DNA from: Gammaproteobacteria bacterium
GTDB taxonomy: Bacteria; Pseudomonadota; Gammaproteobacteria; Steroidobacterales; Steroidobacteraceae
Direction: 5' to 3'
Length of the DNA: 64,000 nt
Assembly (NCBI GenBank): GCA_020029535.1
Contig: JAIBJM010000001.1
Location: forward strand, 35,705-99,704
The translations under genes were made by a program, and so were the position numbers. The notes beneath the pieces were generated by a model. The model worked only from the letters and a program-made list of their open reading frames with translations, ran no database searches and was not told where the DNA came from. Below, piece by piece: positions 1 to 9,624 of the stretch (within the stretch, counting starts at the first letter, position 1; every line of letters starts with the position of its first letter).

Positions 1-446
1 AGAGCGAGATCGCCACCTTCGCCAGCGTGTTTCCGCATGTGATCATCTTCGGCAACATCGCCGGCGGCCAGGGTTATGACGGCGTGATGGTGGGTTCGAT
101 GGAGCCCATCAGCATCAATCTCAGCGAGATTGCCGCGAAATTGCGGCGTCCGGAATATCTGCCGGTGCTGCAGTCGCTGAGCGCAGTGAACTATGGCTCG
201 ATGCACGAGTTGTTCGGTACCTTCGCCGCTACCGGCGCACAGCTGAAGCAATGGCTGGCCGGCGCGCAGATCAATCGCGATCGCAACCTGCGCCTGCAGT
301 ATCTGGCCGGCCTCGGCGTCAATACCTACGATCAGTCCGGCATTTATTCCGAGATCCAGCGCAGCGGTTCATGGCCGGAACAGGTGTTCAGCGGCGATCC
401 GGAATATCTGGAGCCGTTGCGTCAGCGAGTGCAGTTCTGGCGCTGA
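1..446 (+). CDS. C-terminal end of a spermidine-synthase-like (fused MFS/spermidine synthase type) protein; the 5' end lies outside the window
   Basis: The frame of ORF 27..446 stays open to the window edge. The tail ...INRDRNLRLQYLAGLGVN... resembles the C-terminal region of fused MFS/spermidine-synthase proteins (recall only). Confidence 0.5.
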   Translation, partial: SEIATFASVFPHVIIFGNIAGGQGYDGVMVGSMEPISINLSEIAAKLRRPEYLPVLQSLSAVNYGSMHELFGTFAATGAQLKQWLAGAQINRDRNLRLQYLAGLGVNTYDQSGIYSEIQRSGSWPEQVFSGDPEYLEPLRQRVQFWR

Positions 447-450
447 TGGC

Positions 451-1170
451 ATGGCCAGGCCAGTCCGCGATTTTGTGGTTCGTCAGCTGCTGCCCCCGAT
501 GGCGCTGCAGGTCTACCGTGGCCTGGCGCGCAGCTGGCGCTATGTAGTCCACAACGGGCATCACCTGACCGATCCGCCGCGCAACGGCCAGCAGATCATC
601 GGCTCCTTCCTGCATGCACGCTGCTTCCAGATGCTGCATTTTTTCAGCCTGCCTGAGCGTGGTCCGTACATCCTGATGTGTTCGCCCAGCCGCGATGGCG
701 ATGCCATGGCCTATCTGCAGCACAAGCTGGGTTTTCGCGTGGCGCGCGGCTCCTCGGGCAGCGGCGGCGCCAAAGGCCTGGTCACGTTGATCAAGGCGCT
801 GCGCGAGCAGCAGACACTGAATGCCGCGCTGTCGGTGGATGGTTCACGCGGTCCACGCGGCGTGGCGCAGGCCGGCGCCCTGCTGTTGGCGCAGAAAGTG
901 GGCGGCGTAGTGGTGCCTTTCGCCTCTTCGGCGCGCCACTGCTGGGTGTATGCGCGTTCCTGGGATCGCACCGCCATACCGCGACCCTTCAGCGAAGTTC
1001 ATGTCGGCTTCGGCGCGCCCATAGCGGTGCCGCGCGGCATCGACGATGTGGGCATGGAAGCGCTACGGCTGCAGCTGGAACAATCGATGCTGGCCGTGCA
1101 TGCCGAACTCGATCGGCTGAGCGGATTCCGCGACAGCGAGCCATTGCAGGTGCCCCCGCCTCGTGTATGA
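451..1170 (+). CDS. DUF374-domain protein (lysophospholipid acyltransferase-like)
   Basis: 239-aa ORF starting 4 nt after the upstream stop. The pattern ...LMCSPSRDGDAMAYL...RGSSGSGGAKGL...SVDGSRGPRG... is typical of DUF374 proteins. Confidence 0.55.
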   Translation: MARPVRDFVVRQLLPPMALQVYRGLARSWRYVVHNGHHLTDPPRNGQQIIGSFLHARCFQMLHFFSLPERGPYILMCSPSRDGDAMAYLQHKLGFRVARGSSGSGGAKGLVTLIKALREQQTLNAALSVDGSRGPRGVAQAGALLLAQKVGGVVVPFASSARHCWVYARSWDRTAIPRPFSEVHVGFGAPIAVPRGIDDVGMEALRLQLEQSMLAVHAELDRLSGFRDSEPLQVPPPRV

Positions 1171-1326
1171 TCGCGGCCGAGTTTGTCGAATGCGCGGCGT
1201 CGGTCCGCGCGCCGAGGTTCAAACCTCGTCCCGTTCGGGACCTGTTCGCCCCTCCTGCAATCTCCAGTGCATCAATCATTCGCCCGTACCGACAGCGCGT
1301 GCGCTCCGGGCATTTTGGAGTATTTA

Positions 1327-2442
1327 TTGTTCAAGCAATTCAATCTGCATGACGCGCTGCTGCGCGCCGTCCACGAAGCCGGCTATGACTCGCCGACGCC
1401 CATCCAGCAGCAGGCCATTCCGGCTGTGCTCAGCGGCCGCGATCTGCTGGCCGCCGCCCAGACCGGCACCGGCAAGACCGCCGCATTCGGTCTGCCGCTG
1501 CTGCACAAGCTGCATGCGCAGCTGCCTCTGCCGCAGGACGCGCGCGCGCCACGCGCGCTGATCCTGGTGCCCACCCGCGAACTGGCAGCGCAGGTCGAGG
1601 AGTCGGTACGTGGTTTCGGCCGTCATCTGGCGCAGAAGTCACTGCTGATCTTTGGCGGCGTCAGCCCCAAGCCGCAGCTGGAAGCGCTGCGACGCGGCTG
1701 TGACCTGATCATTGCCACGCCGGGCCGGCTGCTCGATCACTTGCAGGGGCGTGCCGTCGACCTGTCGCGCATCGAGACGCTGGTGCTCGATGAGGCCGAC
1801 CGTATGCTGGACATGGGCTTCATCCGCGCCATTCGCAAGATCATCGCGGCGCTGCCGTCCAGGCGGCAGAACCTGCTGTTCTCGGCGACTTTTTCCGGTG
1901 AAATCCGCGAGCTGGCGCGCTCGCTGCTGCGCGATCCGCTCAGCATCGACGTGGCGCCGCGCAATACGCCGACCGAGCTGGTCGATCATCGCGTTTATCA
2001 CGTCGAGTCCGCCGACAAGCAGCAACTGCTGTCCCGTCTGCTGGGCTCCGACAGCGGCCGGCAGAGTCTGGTGTTTACACGTACCAAGCATGGCGCCAAC
2101 CGTCTGGCCCAGCGTCTGGAGCGCGACGGCATCCGCTGCGCGGCCATTCATGGCAACAAGTCGCAGGGTGCGCGCACCCGTGCGCTCAGCGACTTCAAGG
2201 ACGGACGCATCCAGGTGCTGGTGGCCACCGACATCGCCGCACGCGGCATCGACATCATCGAGCTGCCGCATGTGGTCAATTTCGAGCTGCCGCATGTGCC
2301 CGAGGACTATGTGCACCGCATCGGCCGCACCGGACGGGCCGGCTGCGCGGGCGAGGCGGTGTCGCTGGTGAGTCGCGAAGAGCGCGACCGTCTGCGGGCC
2401 ATCGAGAGGATGCTGGGGCGCCCCATTCCAGTGGCGGCCTGA
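1327..2442 (+). CDS. rhlE: DEAD-box ATP-dependent RNA helicase (RhlE-like)
   Basis: Motifs [27 protein letters not shown] (DEAD), SAT and [10 protein letters not shown] are present. I placed the start at in-frame TTG 1327, 6 nt after GGAG (1317-1320). The 48 codons upstream in ORF 1183 are Arg-rich and unlike helicase N-termini. Confidence 0.88.
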   Translation: MFKQFNLHDALLRAVHEAGYDSPTPIQQQAIPAVLSGRDLLAAAQTGTGKTAAFGLPLLHKLHAQLPLPQDARAPRALILVPTRELAAQVEESVRGFGRHLAQKSLLIFGGVSPKPQLEALRRGCDLIIATPGRLLDHLQGRAVDLSRIETLVLDEADRMLDMGFIRAIRKIIAALPSRRQNLLFSATFSGEIRELARSLLRDPLSIDVAPRNTPTELVDHRVYHVESADKQQLLSRLLGSDSGRQSLVFTRTKHGANRLAQRLERDGIRCAAIHGNKSQGARTRALSDFKDGRIQVLVATDIAARGIDIIELPHVVNFELPHVPEDYVHRIGRTGRAGCAGEAVSLVSREERDRLRAIERMLGRPIPVAA

Positions 2443-2463
2443 GCGCTGGTCAGCGGTGACGGG

Positions 2464-2499
2464 TTAGGCTAAGCTTTGATGAGATTTATTCTCATTTAA
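2464..2499 (+). promoter_or_regulatory. Candidate sigma70 promoter (TTAGGC-17 nt-TATTCT) with an overlapping Fur-box-like palindrome upstream of feoA
   Basis: An AT-rich island in GC-rich DNA. It holds a perfect inverted repeat ATGAGA-N5-TCTCAT (2479-2495). The reverse strand matches about 12-13 of 19 positions of the Fur consensus GATAATGA(T/G)AATCATTATC. It lies 13-33 nt before the feoA ATG. Confidence 0.5.
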
Positions 2500-2511
2500 G
2501 AGCGAGCCTCG

Positions 2512-2817
2512 ATGACCACCGCTGATTCGCCCTCCGCAGCTGGCCAGATCCCGTTGGCGGATCTGCGCAAGGGCATGCGTGGCCTCGTCACTGCGGTTGT
2601 CGATGACGATACCGCGCAGATCGGCGACACGGCGGGTTCCACTGTGGCGCGGCGCCTGCGCGAGATCGGGTTCGTTCCCGGCGAGCCGGTCGAGGTCATC
2701 GAAGAGGTGTGGCCGGGCGGCGATCCGATGGCAGTGCGCATCGGCGCCACCATCTTCGCGCTGCGTCGCCGCGAGGCCCGCGCAGTGCTGGTGCAAATGC
2801 AGATGGATAAGCCATGA
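2512..2817 (+). CDS. feoA: Ferrous iron transport protein A
   Basis: 101-aa FeoA-type protein (...LRKGMRGLVTAV...RRLREIGFVPGEPVEV...). It has a 4-nt ATGA overlap with feoB. Confidence 0.85.
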   Translation: MTTADSPSAAGQIPLADLRKGMRGLVTAVVDDDTAQIGDTAGSTVARRLREIGFVPGEPVEVIEEVWPGGDPMAVRIGATIFALRRREARAVLVQMQMDKP

Positions 2818-4703
2818 CGCGCTTTCCACCGCCTGCCCGGACCTGTCGTGCCGCATTGGTGGGCGTGCCCAACTGCGGCAAGACCGCGCTGTTCAATCGC
2901 CTGACCGGCAGCCACCAGAAGGTGGCCAATTACCCGGGCGTCACCGTCGAGCGCAAGGAAGGCATATTCATCGGCCCTGCCCAGCATTGCCTGTATCAAT
3001 TGCTGGATCTGCCAGGCACTTACAGCCTGGTGCCGACCACACTGGATGAAGCCGTCACACGCGATGTGATCGCGGGTCGTTTGCAGGGCGAGGCGACGCC
3101 GGAATTGATTGTCTGCGTGGTCGATGCGACGAATCTGCGGTTGTCGTTGCGTCTGGTGCTGGAACTGAAGGCGCTGGGGCGGCCGATGATCGTGGCGCTG
3201 AACATGAGCGATCTGGCCGAACAGCGTGGCTACAAACTGGATCGCCAGCGCCTGGCCGCGGAACTGGCATTGCCGGTGGTGGATACCGTCGCCGTGCGCG
3301 CCGGCGGCGAAGCGGCCTTGCTGGCGGCCATCGATGCCCACAGCAATGCGACGGCGTCGGCCGCGGTGCCCGCAGTGCTGGTGCCGCCAGGACCAGAGCA
3401 GGTCGAGGCCACGCAGCGCGAATCGCGGCGCATCCTCGATGCGGCCGGTTACGTGGTGCCGCTGCGTACGCGTGCGCTGCAGCGGCTCGATGCCATCGTG
3501 ATGAATCCGCTGTTCGGTCCGCTGCTGCTGGCCACGCTGCTGTTCCTGATGTTCCAGGCCGTGTTCAGCTGGGCGGCGGCGCCGATGGACTGGATCGCGG
3601 CCGGTATCGGTGCGCTGGGCGGCCTGGTGCAGAGCGCGCTGCCGGCCGGTCCGTTGCAAAGTCTGCTGGTCGATGGGGTGTTGGCCGGCGCTTCCGCCGT
3701 GCTGATCTTCCTGCCGCAGATCCTGATCCTGTTCGCCTTCATCCTGATTCTTGAAGACAGCGGCTATCTGCCGCGCGCTGCGTTTCTGCTTGACCGGCTG
3801 ATGGGCAGCATCGGTCTGTCGGGGCGTTCCTTCATTCCGCTGCTGTCGTCATTTGCCTGTGCCATTCCCGGCATCATGGCCACGCGCACCATTCCGAATC
3901 TGCGCAATCGTATCACCACCATCATGCTGGCGCCGCTGATGACCTGTTCGGCGCGCCTGCCGGTGTACGCATTGCTGATCGGCGCCTTCATACCCGCGCA
4001 GCAGGTGGGCTGGTTCAATCTGCAGGGACTGGTGCTGTTCGCGCTGTACGTCGCCGGCGTGCTGGGCGCGGTGCTGGTGGCGCTGGCGCTGAAACTGGGT
4101 TCGCGCAAGGCGCACTACCATCCGTTGCTGATGGAACTGCCCGAGTATCACTGGCCCAACCTGCGCAATCTGTGGATCGGCCTGTGGGAACGCACGCGCA
4201 TCTTCCTGACGCGCGTCGGCACCATCATCCTGGCGCTGACAGTGCTGCTGTGGTTCCTGGCCAGCTATCCGGCGCCGCCGCCGGGCGCCGCCGGTCCGGC
4301 CATCCACTACAGCTTCGCCGGCATGATCGGCAATGCTTTGCAGAATGTGTTCGCGCCGCTGGGCTTCAACTGGCAGATCAGTGTGGCGCTGGTGCCGGGA
4401 CTGGCAGCACGCGAAGTGGCGGTGGCCGCGCTGGGCACCGTGTATGCGCTGTCGTCCGGAGCGGACGATGTGAGCGCGGCGCTGGGGCCGATGATCGCGG
4501 GCAGCTGGAGTCTGGCCACGGCGCTGTCGCTGCTGGCCTGGTATGTATTCGCGCCGCAATGCCTGTCGACGCTGGTGACGGTGCGGCGTGAAACCAATTC
4601 GTGGCGCTACCCGCTGATCATGGCCGGTTATCTGTTCGCGCTGGCCTATGTGGCGGCGTTCATCACCTATCGCGTAGCGCTGGCGCTGGGTGGAGGAGGC
4701 TGA
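2814..4703 (+). CDS. feoB: Ferrous iron transporter B
   Basis: N-terminal G-domain (GVPNCGKTALFNRLTG, DLPGTYSL, NMSD) followed by a polytopic membrane domain. 629 aa. Confidence 0.95.
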   Translation: MTRFPPPARTCRAALVGVPNCGKTALFNRLTGSHQKVANYPGVTVERKEGIFIGPAQHCLYQLLDLPGTYSLVPTTLDEAVTRDVIAGRLQGEATPELIVCVVDATNLRLSLRLVLELKALGRPMIVALNMSDLAEQRGYKLDRQRLAAELALPVVDTVAVRAGGEAALLAAIDAHSNATASAAVPAVLVPPGPEQVEATQRESRRILDAAGYVVPLRTRALQRLDAIVMNPLFGPLLLATLLFLMFQAVFSWAAAPMDWIAAGIGALGGLVQSALPAGPLQSLLVDGVLAGASAVLIFLPQILILFAFILILEDSGYLPRAAFLLDRLMGSIGLSGRSFIPLLSSFACAIPGIMATRTIPNLRNRITTIMLAPLMTCSARLPVYALLIGAFIPAQQVGWFNLQGLVLFALYVAGVLGAVLVALALKLGSRKAHYHPLLMELPEYHWPNLRNLWIGLWERTRIFLTRVGTIILALTVLLWFLASYPAPPPGAAGPAIHYSFAGMIGNALQNVFAPLGFNWQISVALVPGLAAREVAVAALGTVYALSSGADDVSAALGPMIAGSWSLATALSLLAWYVFAPQCLSTLVTVRRETNSWRYPLIMAGYLFALAYVAAFITYRVALALGGGG

Positions 4704-4705
4704 TC

Positions 4706-4852
4706 ATGCAGCAGCTCATTGCCGGATTGATCGTGCTGGCCGCTACCCTCTACATCGCGCGCGCCCTGCTGCCGCGCCGCTGGCTGCAGCGCATCGGGCT
4801 GGCTCAGGCGCCGCGCGATGACGGCAGCGGCTGCAGTTCCTGCCGCAAGTAG
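4706..4852 (+). CDS. FeoB-associated Cys-rich small membrane protein (in the FeoC position)
   Basis: The ATG lies 2 nt after the feoB stop and is preceded by GGAGGAGG. It encodes 48 aa with one TM helix and a C-terminal GSGCSSC cluster. Confidence 0.6.
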   Translation: MQQLIAGLIVLAATLYIARALLPRRWLQRIGLAQAPRDDGSGCSSCRK

Positions 4853-4858
4853 TCGTCA

Positions 4859-7693
4859 TCAATGGGAGTCGAATTTGTAGTTCGCTCCAATGAAATAGCT
4901 GCGCCCGTAGTTGTTGTAGTTGAAGGTCGAGAACGGCTGATCACTAGCGCCGCCTGAAGTGCCTGGCCGACTGTGATCGGCCGGCGGCATCTTGTTGAAC
5001 AGGTTGTTGATGTTGGCCGACAGTTCCAGTTGCGGCAGCACCCGGTATCGCGCACTGAGGTTGACGATGGTCCAGGCACCGACCTTGCCGGCTCCGGGCT
5101 CCGCATAACCGGCGCCTGCCAGGTCTTGCGCAATATAGTTCGGCGTCCGGCCATAGCGTTCCACATAGGCGGTTGCCGACAGGCTCCGTATCGTCCATGT
5201 GATGGCCAGATTCGCCTTGGTCTTGAATTCGGTGCTGTAGTGCGGGTTGTTCAGCAGATCGATTTCGGTGTCTCCCGCGAACTTCCGGTACCGATGCCGT
5301 ACCACGTTGCTGTAGGAACCATCGAGTGAAAAGCTGCCGGCGCGCTGCGTGACAAAGCCGTAGCCAAGTCCCACCAGCACGACGCGCAGGTTTTCCGATG
5401 CCACATTGATCTTCGGCGTCGAGATTTCAAGTATCTGGTCATTGGAATCGCGCGTCACCTGTGCGATGGCCCGAACGCAGGTCGGGGAATCCGCAGGCAG
5501 CTCTCCCAACAGACAGGCCGCATTGGTGCGCAGCAGCTGATCTGAATCTTCCCGGGCGACCTCGTTGCGGATGTTCCAGTTCAGCATGTCCACCGAAGCC
5601 CGCAGCGCTTCGATCGGTCGCCACTCGAAACCCACGCTCCAGTTCGTTGCGGTGATGGGCTGCAGCTTCCGGTTCCCGGAAGTCGTGCCGAGGACGGACA
5701 TATTCGCCTGCGGACAGTCGTTGATATCGGCAGCGGTATAGCCGCTCTGGTAGCAGGTGTAGTAGTCGGTCAGTGTCTGGTAAGACCCGCTCTGGCCCTG
5801 GTACTGGTCCGACAGCGTCGGCGCCTTGAAAGAAGTACCGTAGCGGCTGCGCAGCAGCACGCGCTGGGCGGGGCGATATTCCACGCCCAGGTTGTACGTA
5901 TTCTTCGACACATTCGTATCCGACACTCGATAGCGGTCGTAGCGGTCCGACAGGTTGACCGTCACTTGATCCGTGAATGGCAGGCGCAACTCGGCCGTGG
6001 CTGCGGCGCGGGACCGGTGTCCCGATCCCGGCGTGGCCGTGAACCCATAGGTCTCACCGCTGAGATAACGCGGATCGGGCGCATAGTCCCAGCCCTGGCC
6101 GCCGCCTTCCACGACAAAGGCGAATCCCGCGTCTCCGCCGCGCAGCGGGAACAGGCTGGAGTTGGTCAGTTGCACGCGCGCCAGAGTGTCCTGCGTGCGC
6201 GAATGCGAAGTCGCGTAGCCGGTAAAGCTGGCGTACTCGGCCGGTGTGATCGGCCTGTAAAACGCGGCATAGTCAACCTGATAGACCGGCTGCGAACCGT
6301 ACAAAGGGTCCAATCCCAGATTCGGGCCGAATATGTCGGCATAGAACTGATTGATGGCACTGGTGAAAGCCATGAACTGGTGCTCGGCGAGCTTGTTTTC
6401 GGTGTAGGTCATCTCGGCGCTGTAGCGCCAGCCGGATGCTGCCAGCGGGCCTTCGATACCCAGCGTGGCCCGCACCGAGTTCATGGCGTGCCTGTTGGTC
6501 TGATCCCGGAAATTGCCCGCTTCCTCCGGCGTGAATACATGCTGCAGGTTCAGGAGGTCGCAATCGCTGCCGTCGGTCTGTACGCAAGGTGTCACCGTGG
6601 GATCATAGTAGTAGGCGTACGTGGCGTCGTTGACGGTGAGAAGAAACGGCGTGCCATTGCTGTAGAGCGTGGTGTTGTGGTTCAGCAGCACGTCGCTGAA
6701 CACCTTGGTGTTTTCGTCGAGATTCAGCGCTCCGTGCAGATAACCCTGTTCGGACTCGGTGCCGTTGTCGATGGTGTAATAGCCCGAGCGGTACGTTCCG
6801 CAATACTGTCCGCGATTGACACGCGACCGCAGCCCCGCCGTGCCACCGAACTGGCCCGCAACATTGGCGCACGACGCCGGATCCAGCATGTAGTAGTCCT
6901 CGCCGTTCGGCTGGCCGAACAAACCGAAGACCAGCCAGTCACGTTCGGCCGTCTGTGGCGAGGATCCATCGGCATAAAACTGGTTGGTCAGCGGGCGCTG
7001 AAAACCCCAGATCGGATCCTTCTTGTCGTATTGCAACCCGAACACCAGTTCCAAGCTGCCCTGTTCGAATCCGCTCGCCAGCCCGATTCGTTTCTCGGTA
7101 CCGCCGCCGTCCTGAGTCCATCCGTAGCGCAGTTCCGCCTCGGTCCCGGACAGATGCTTCTTGAGGCTGATATTCACGACGCCGGCGATGGCGTCGGAAC
7201 CGTAGATCGATGACTGGCCGCCGGGCAGCACGTCGATGTGATCGAGCACGATCGACGGAATGCCGTCCAGACTGGCGATGATGTCGGTGCCGTCGTACAG
7301 CGCGGGGTAGTCTGCGACGGGCCGCCCGTCGATGAGGAACTTGGTGTAGCTCGGCGACAGGCCGAAGATACTGAGAGTCTGCGCGCCCGGCGTGAAACTG
7401 TTCGTATACTGCGCACCTTGCACCGCGCCGGTGGAGATCGCGCTGTGCTGTAGCGCGTCGACTACGGAGGTGAAGCCTTTCTGCTGCAGCTCTTCCGGGG
7501 TGACCACCAGCACGGGATTGGATGCAGCGACCCGGGTACCCGGAATCAGCGTTCCAGTGACGACCACTTCCGCGAGTTCCTCGTCGGACTCGCCAGCGGT
7601 CGAAGTCGAGGTGAGGTCCGCAGCCAGGCCGATCGATGTCAGACACGTTGCCGCGACACAAGCCGCACTCAGATGGCGGATCCGCATTTGCAT
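4859..7693 (-). CDS. TonB-dependent outer-membrane receptor, substrate unknown
   Basis: Signal peptide, plug region (EVVVTGTLIPG..., VVDALQHS...), and length and strand pattern of a 22-strand barrel. I moved the start to ATG 7693 (MQMRIRHLSAA...) behind GGAG. The 28 upstream codons look non-coding. Confidence 0.88.
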   Translation of the reverse strand: MQMRIRHLSAACVAATCLTSIGLAADLTSTSTAGESDEELAEVVVTGTLIPGTRVAASNPVLVVTPEELQQKGFTSVVDALQHSAISTGAVQGAQYTNSFTPGAQTLSIFGLSPSYTKFLIDGRPVADYPALYDGTDIIASLDGIPSIVLDHIDVLPGGQSSIYGSDAIAGVVNISLKKHLSGTEAELRYGWTQDGGGTEKRIGLASGFEQGSLELVFGLQYDKKDPIWGFQRPLTNQFYADGSSPQTAERDWLVFGLFGQPNGEDYYMLDPASCANVAGQFGGTAGLRSRVNRGQYCGTYRSGYYTIDNGTESEQGYLHGALNLDENTKVFSDVLLNHNTTLYSNGTPFLLTVNDATYAYYYDPTVTPCVQTDGSDCDLLNLQHVFTPEEAGNFRDQTNRHAMNSVRATLGIEGPLAASGWRYSAEMTYTENKLAEHQFMAFTSAINQFYADIFGPNLGLDPLYGSQPVYQVDYAAFYRPITPAEYASFTGYATSHSRTQDTLARVQLTNSSLFPLRGGDAGFAFVVEGGGQGWDYAPDPRYLSGETYGFTATPGSGHRSRAAATAELRLPFTDQVTVNLSDRYDRYRVSDTNVSKNTYNLGVEYRPAQRVLLRSRYGTSFKAPTLSDQYQGQSGSYQTLTDYYTCYQSGYTAADINDCPQANMSVLGTTSGNRKLQPITATNWSVGFEWRPIEALRASVDMLNWNIRNEVAREDSDQLLRTNAACLLGELPADSPTCVRAIAQVTRDSNDQILEISTPKINVASENLRVVLVGLGYGFVTQRAGSFSLDGSYSNVVRHRYRKFAGDTEIDLLNNPHYSTEFKTKANLAITWTIRSLSATAYVERYGRTPNYIAQDLAGAGYAEPGAGKVGAWTIVNLSARYRVLPQLELSANINNLFNKMPPADHSRPGTSGGASDQPFSTFNYNNYGRSYFIGANYKFDSH

Positions 7694-7959
7694 GGTGCAC
7701 TCCCTAAACGCAAGCTTCAGCAGAGAATGGCAATGGGCAGTTCGTCGCAGGGACCAACTGCCCCCAACCGCCGCCATTCAGCCGTCGAGACGCGGGAATG
7801 AATGGCCGCGATTATGTGAATGGAGCAAAACATATTGGGTATGAATTCACAACAATCCCGGGGGCATGACTGGGTTTTTGTTTATTGGAATCAGGCTCTT
7901 GGCAAGAAAGTGGTGCATGGCGACGATGAGCAGGCCCGCCAAAGGTGCGGGATTTTTTC

Positions 7960-9576
7960 ATGCTGACCAGTCTGCGACCGCGCCTGCCGGCCGTCCTTGC
8001 GCCATTGCTCATTGCGGGATTTATTGTCGTTGCCCACAACCAGAGTTTCTGGCGCGCGCTGCATGCCGCCTACCCGGCCGGCGCACCCTGGACCGTGATC
8101 GCTGCGCTCGGATTGGGCCTGATGTGGCTGCTGGCGGCGCTGCTGCAGCTGGTCAACTTCCGCTGGCTGTTCAAGCCCGTTGCCATGCTGCTGCTGTTTG
8201 GCGCCGCGCTGACGTCCTGGTTCATGGATCGCTTCGGCGTCGTCATCGACGTCGAGATGTATCGCAACATCATGCAGACCGATTCGCGCGAAGCCGGCGA
8301 ATTGATGACGGGCGCGCTGTATCTGCATCTGCTGCTGTATGGCGTGCTGCCGATCGTTGCATTGGCGCTGGTGCGCCTGCGCCGTCCGCCGCTGCGCAGT
8401 GCGCTGTGGCAACAGCCGGCAGCCGCGGTTGCTTGTACGCTGCTGGCGCTGCTGTGCGTGCTGACGGTATACAAGGATGTGTCGCTGACGGTGCGGCAGC
8501 ATCGTGAACTGCGCCTGCTGATCAATCCCAGCTATCCGCTGTACTCGTTCTTCAAGTACCGGCGGCAACAGGCCGACATCGACGCGGGGCCGTTGCTGAC
8601 GGTGGCTGCCGACGCGCAGCGCGCGCCGTTGGCGGCCGGCGCGCGGCCGCGACTGCTGGTGCTGGTGGTGGGCGAGACCGCGCGCGCCATGCAGTTCTCG
8701 CTGAATGGCTACGCACGCGACACCAATCCGGAACTGCGCCAGCTGGATGTCATCAGCTATGCCGACGTCAGCGCCTGTGGGACGTCGACGGCCGAGTCGG
8801 TGCCCTGCATGTTTTCGCATCTGTCGCGCAGCCGCTTTGTCGCCGCCGAGGCCGCGCAGCAGGAGAACCTGCTCGACATCATGCAGCGCGTAGGCGTGGC
8901 CGTGCAGTGGCGCGACAACAATGCCGGCTGCAAGTCGGTGTGCGCACGCATACCGAACCTGCGGCCCGATGACCATCCGCTGCCCGGATTGTGCGTGCCG
9001 GGCGAATGCTTCGATGAAATACTGCTGCAAGGGTTGCAGCAGTATCTGGATGGGCAGAGCGGCGACACGCTGCTGGTGCTGCACCAGATGGGCAGCCACG
9101 GCCCGGCGTATTACAAGCGCGTGCCGCCGGCGTTCCGGCGCTTCACGCCGGAGTGCGCGCGGGAGGATGTTACGGCCTGCCCGCGCCAGCACATCATCAA
9201 TTCCTACGACAACACCATTCTCTACACCGACCACTTCCTGGCCGCGCTGATCGGCGTGTTGCAGCGGAACGCGGCGCGCTTCGACGCCGCCATGCTGTAT
9301 GCGTCCGATCATGGCGAATCGCTGGGCGAACTGGGGCTGTATCTGCACGGCTTTCCATACCGCTTCGCGCCGCGCGAACAGACCCGTGTGCCGATGATCC
9401 TGTGGGCGACGCCGCAGTTCTATGCGCGTGAGTCGGTGAGTGCCGACTGCATGCGCGCTGCAAGCCGCGCCAGTCATTCGCACGACAACATCTTCCACAC
9501 CGTGCTGGGTGTCTTCGATGCGCGCAGCGCCAGCTACGATCCGGCGCTGGATCTGTTTTCCGCCTGCCGCAAATGA
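7960..9576 (+). CDS. eptA: Phosphoethanolamine--lipid A transferase (EptA/MCR family)
   Basis: N-terminal TM helices plus a sulfatase-type periplasmic domain. It carries the family nucleophile context ADVSACGTSTAESVPCMFS, HQMGSHGPAYYKR and SDHGESLGE. The start is set at ATG 7960 (MLTSLRP...). Confidence 0.85.
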   Translation: MLTSLRPRLPAVLAPLLIAGFIVVAHNQSFWRALHAAYPAGAPWTVIAALGLGLMWLLAALLQLVNFRWLFKPVAMLLLFGAALTSWFMDRFGVVIDVEMYRNIMQTDSREAGELMTGALYLHLLLYGVLPIVALALVRLRRPPLRSALWQQPAAAVACTLLALLCVLTVYKDVSLTVRQHRELRLLINPSYPLYSFFKYRRQQADIDAGPLLTVAADAQRAPLAAGARPRLLVLVVGETARAMQFSLNGYARDTNPELRQLDVISYADVSACGTSTAESVPCMFSHLSRSRFVAAEAAQQENLLDIMQRVGVAVQWRDNNAGCKSVCARIPNLRPDDHPLPGLCVPGECFDEILLQGLQQYLDGQSGDTLLVLHQMGSHGPAYYKRVPPAFRRFTPECAREDVTACPRQHIINSYDNTILYTDHFLAALIGVLQRNAARFDAAMLYASDHGESLGELGLYLHGFPYRFAPREQTRVPMILWATPQFYARESVSADCMRAASRASHSHDNIFHTVLGVFDARSASYDPALDLFSACRK

Positions 9577-9608
9577 AAACGGGCGCCCCGGATCGGGCGC
9601 CCGCTTCT
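9571..9608. terminator. Rho-independent-type hairpin shared by convergent eptA and the ompA-like gene
   Basis: 9-bp GC stem CGGGCGCCC (9580-9588) / GGGCGCCCG (9595-9603) with a 6-nt loop. The minus strand reads hairpin then TTTTCATTT. The plus strand has only CTTCTGT after it. Confidence 0.6.
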
Positions 9609-9624
9609 GTCGCCACCGGAACTA

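Noticed and set aside
1192-1241. Three adjacent GC hairpins in the rhlE leader (1192-1210, 1213-1228, 1228-1241). The middle one (CGAGG-TTCAAA-CCTCG) looks like a tRNA T-arm.
   Set aside because: Its loop is 6 nt rather than 7. No matching acceptor stem, D-arm or canonical anticodon loop can be drawn around it. It is probably just a structured 5' UTR of a DEAD-box helicase gene, not a tRNA or tRNA fragment.
7891-9498. 535-aa minus-strand ORF. Similar long antisense ORFs occur at 2496-3659, 12021-13832, 19767-21494, 21134-22852, 26973-28694, 33388-34665, 39577-41031, 49867-51303 and 60878-62767.
   Set aside because: Each lies antisense to a gene with clear family motifs. The products are Arg/Gly/His/Gln-rich low-complexity strings. 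This is the usual stop-codon-poor antisense artefact of high-GC DNA.
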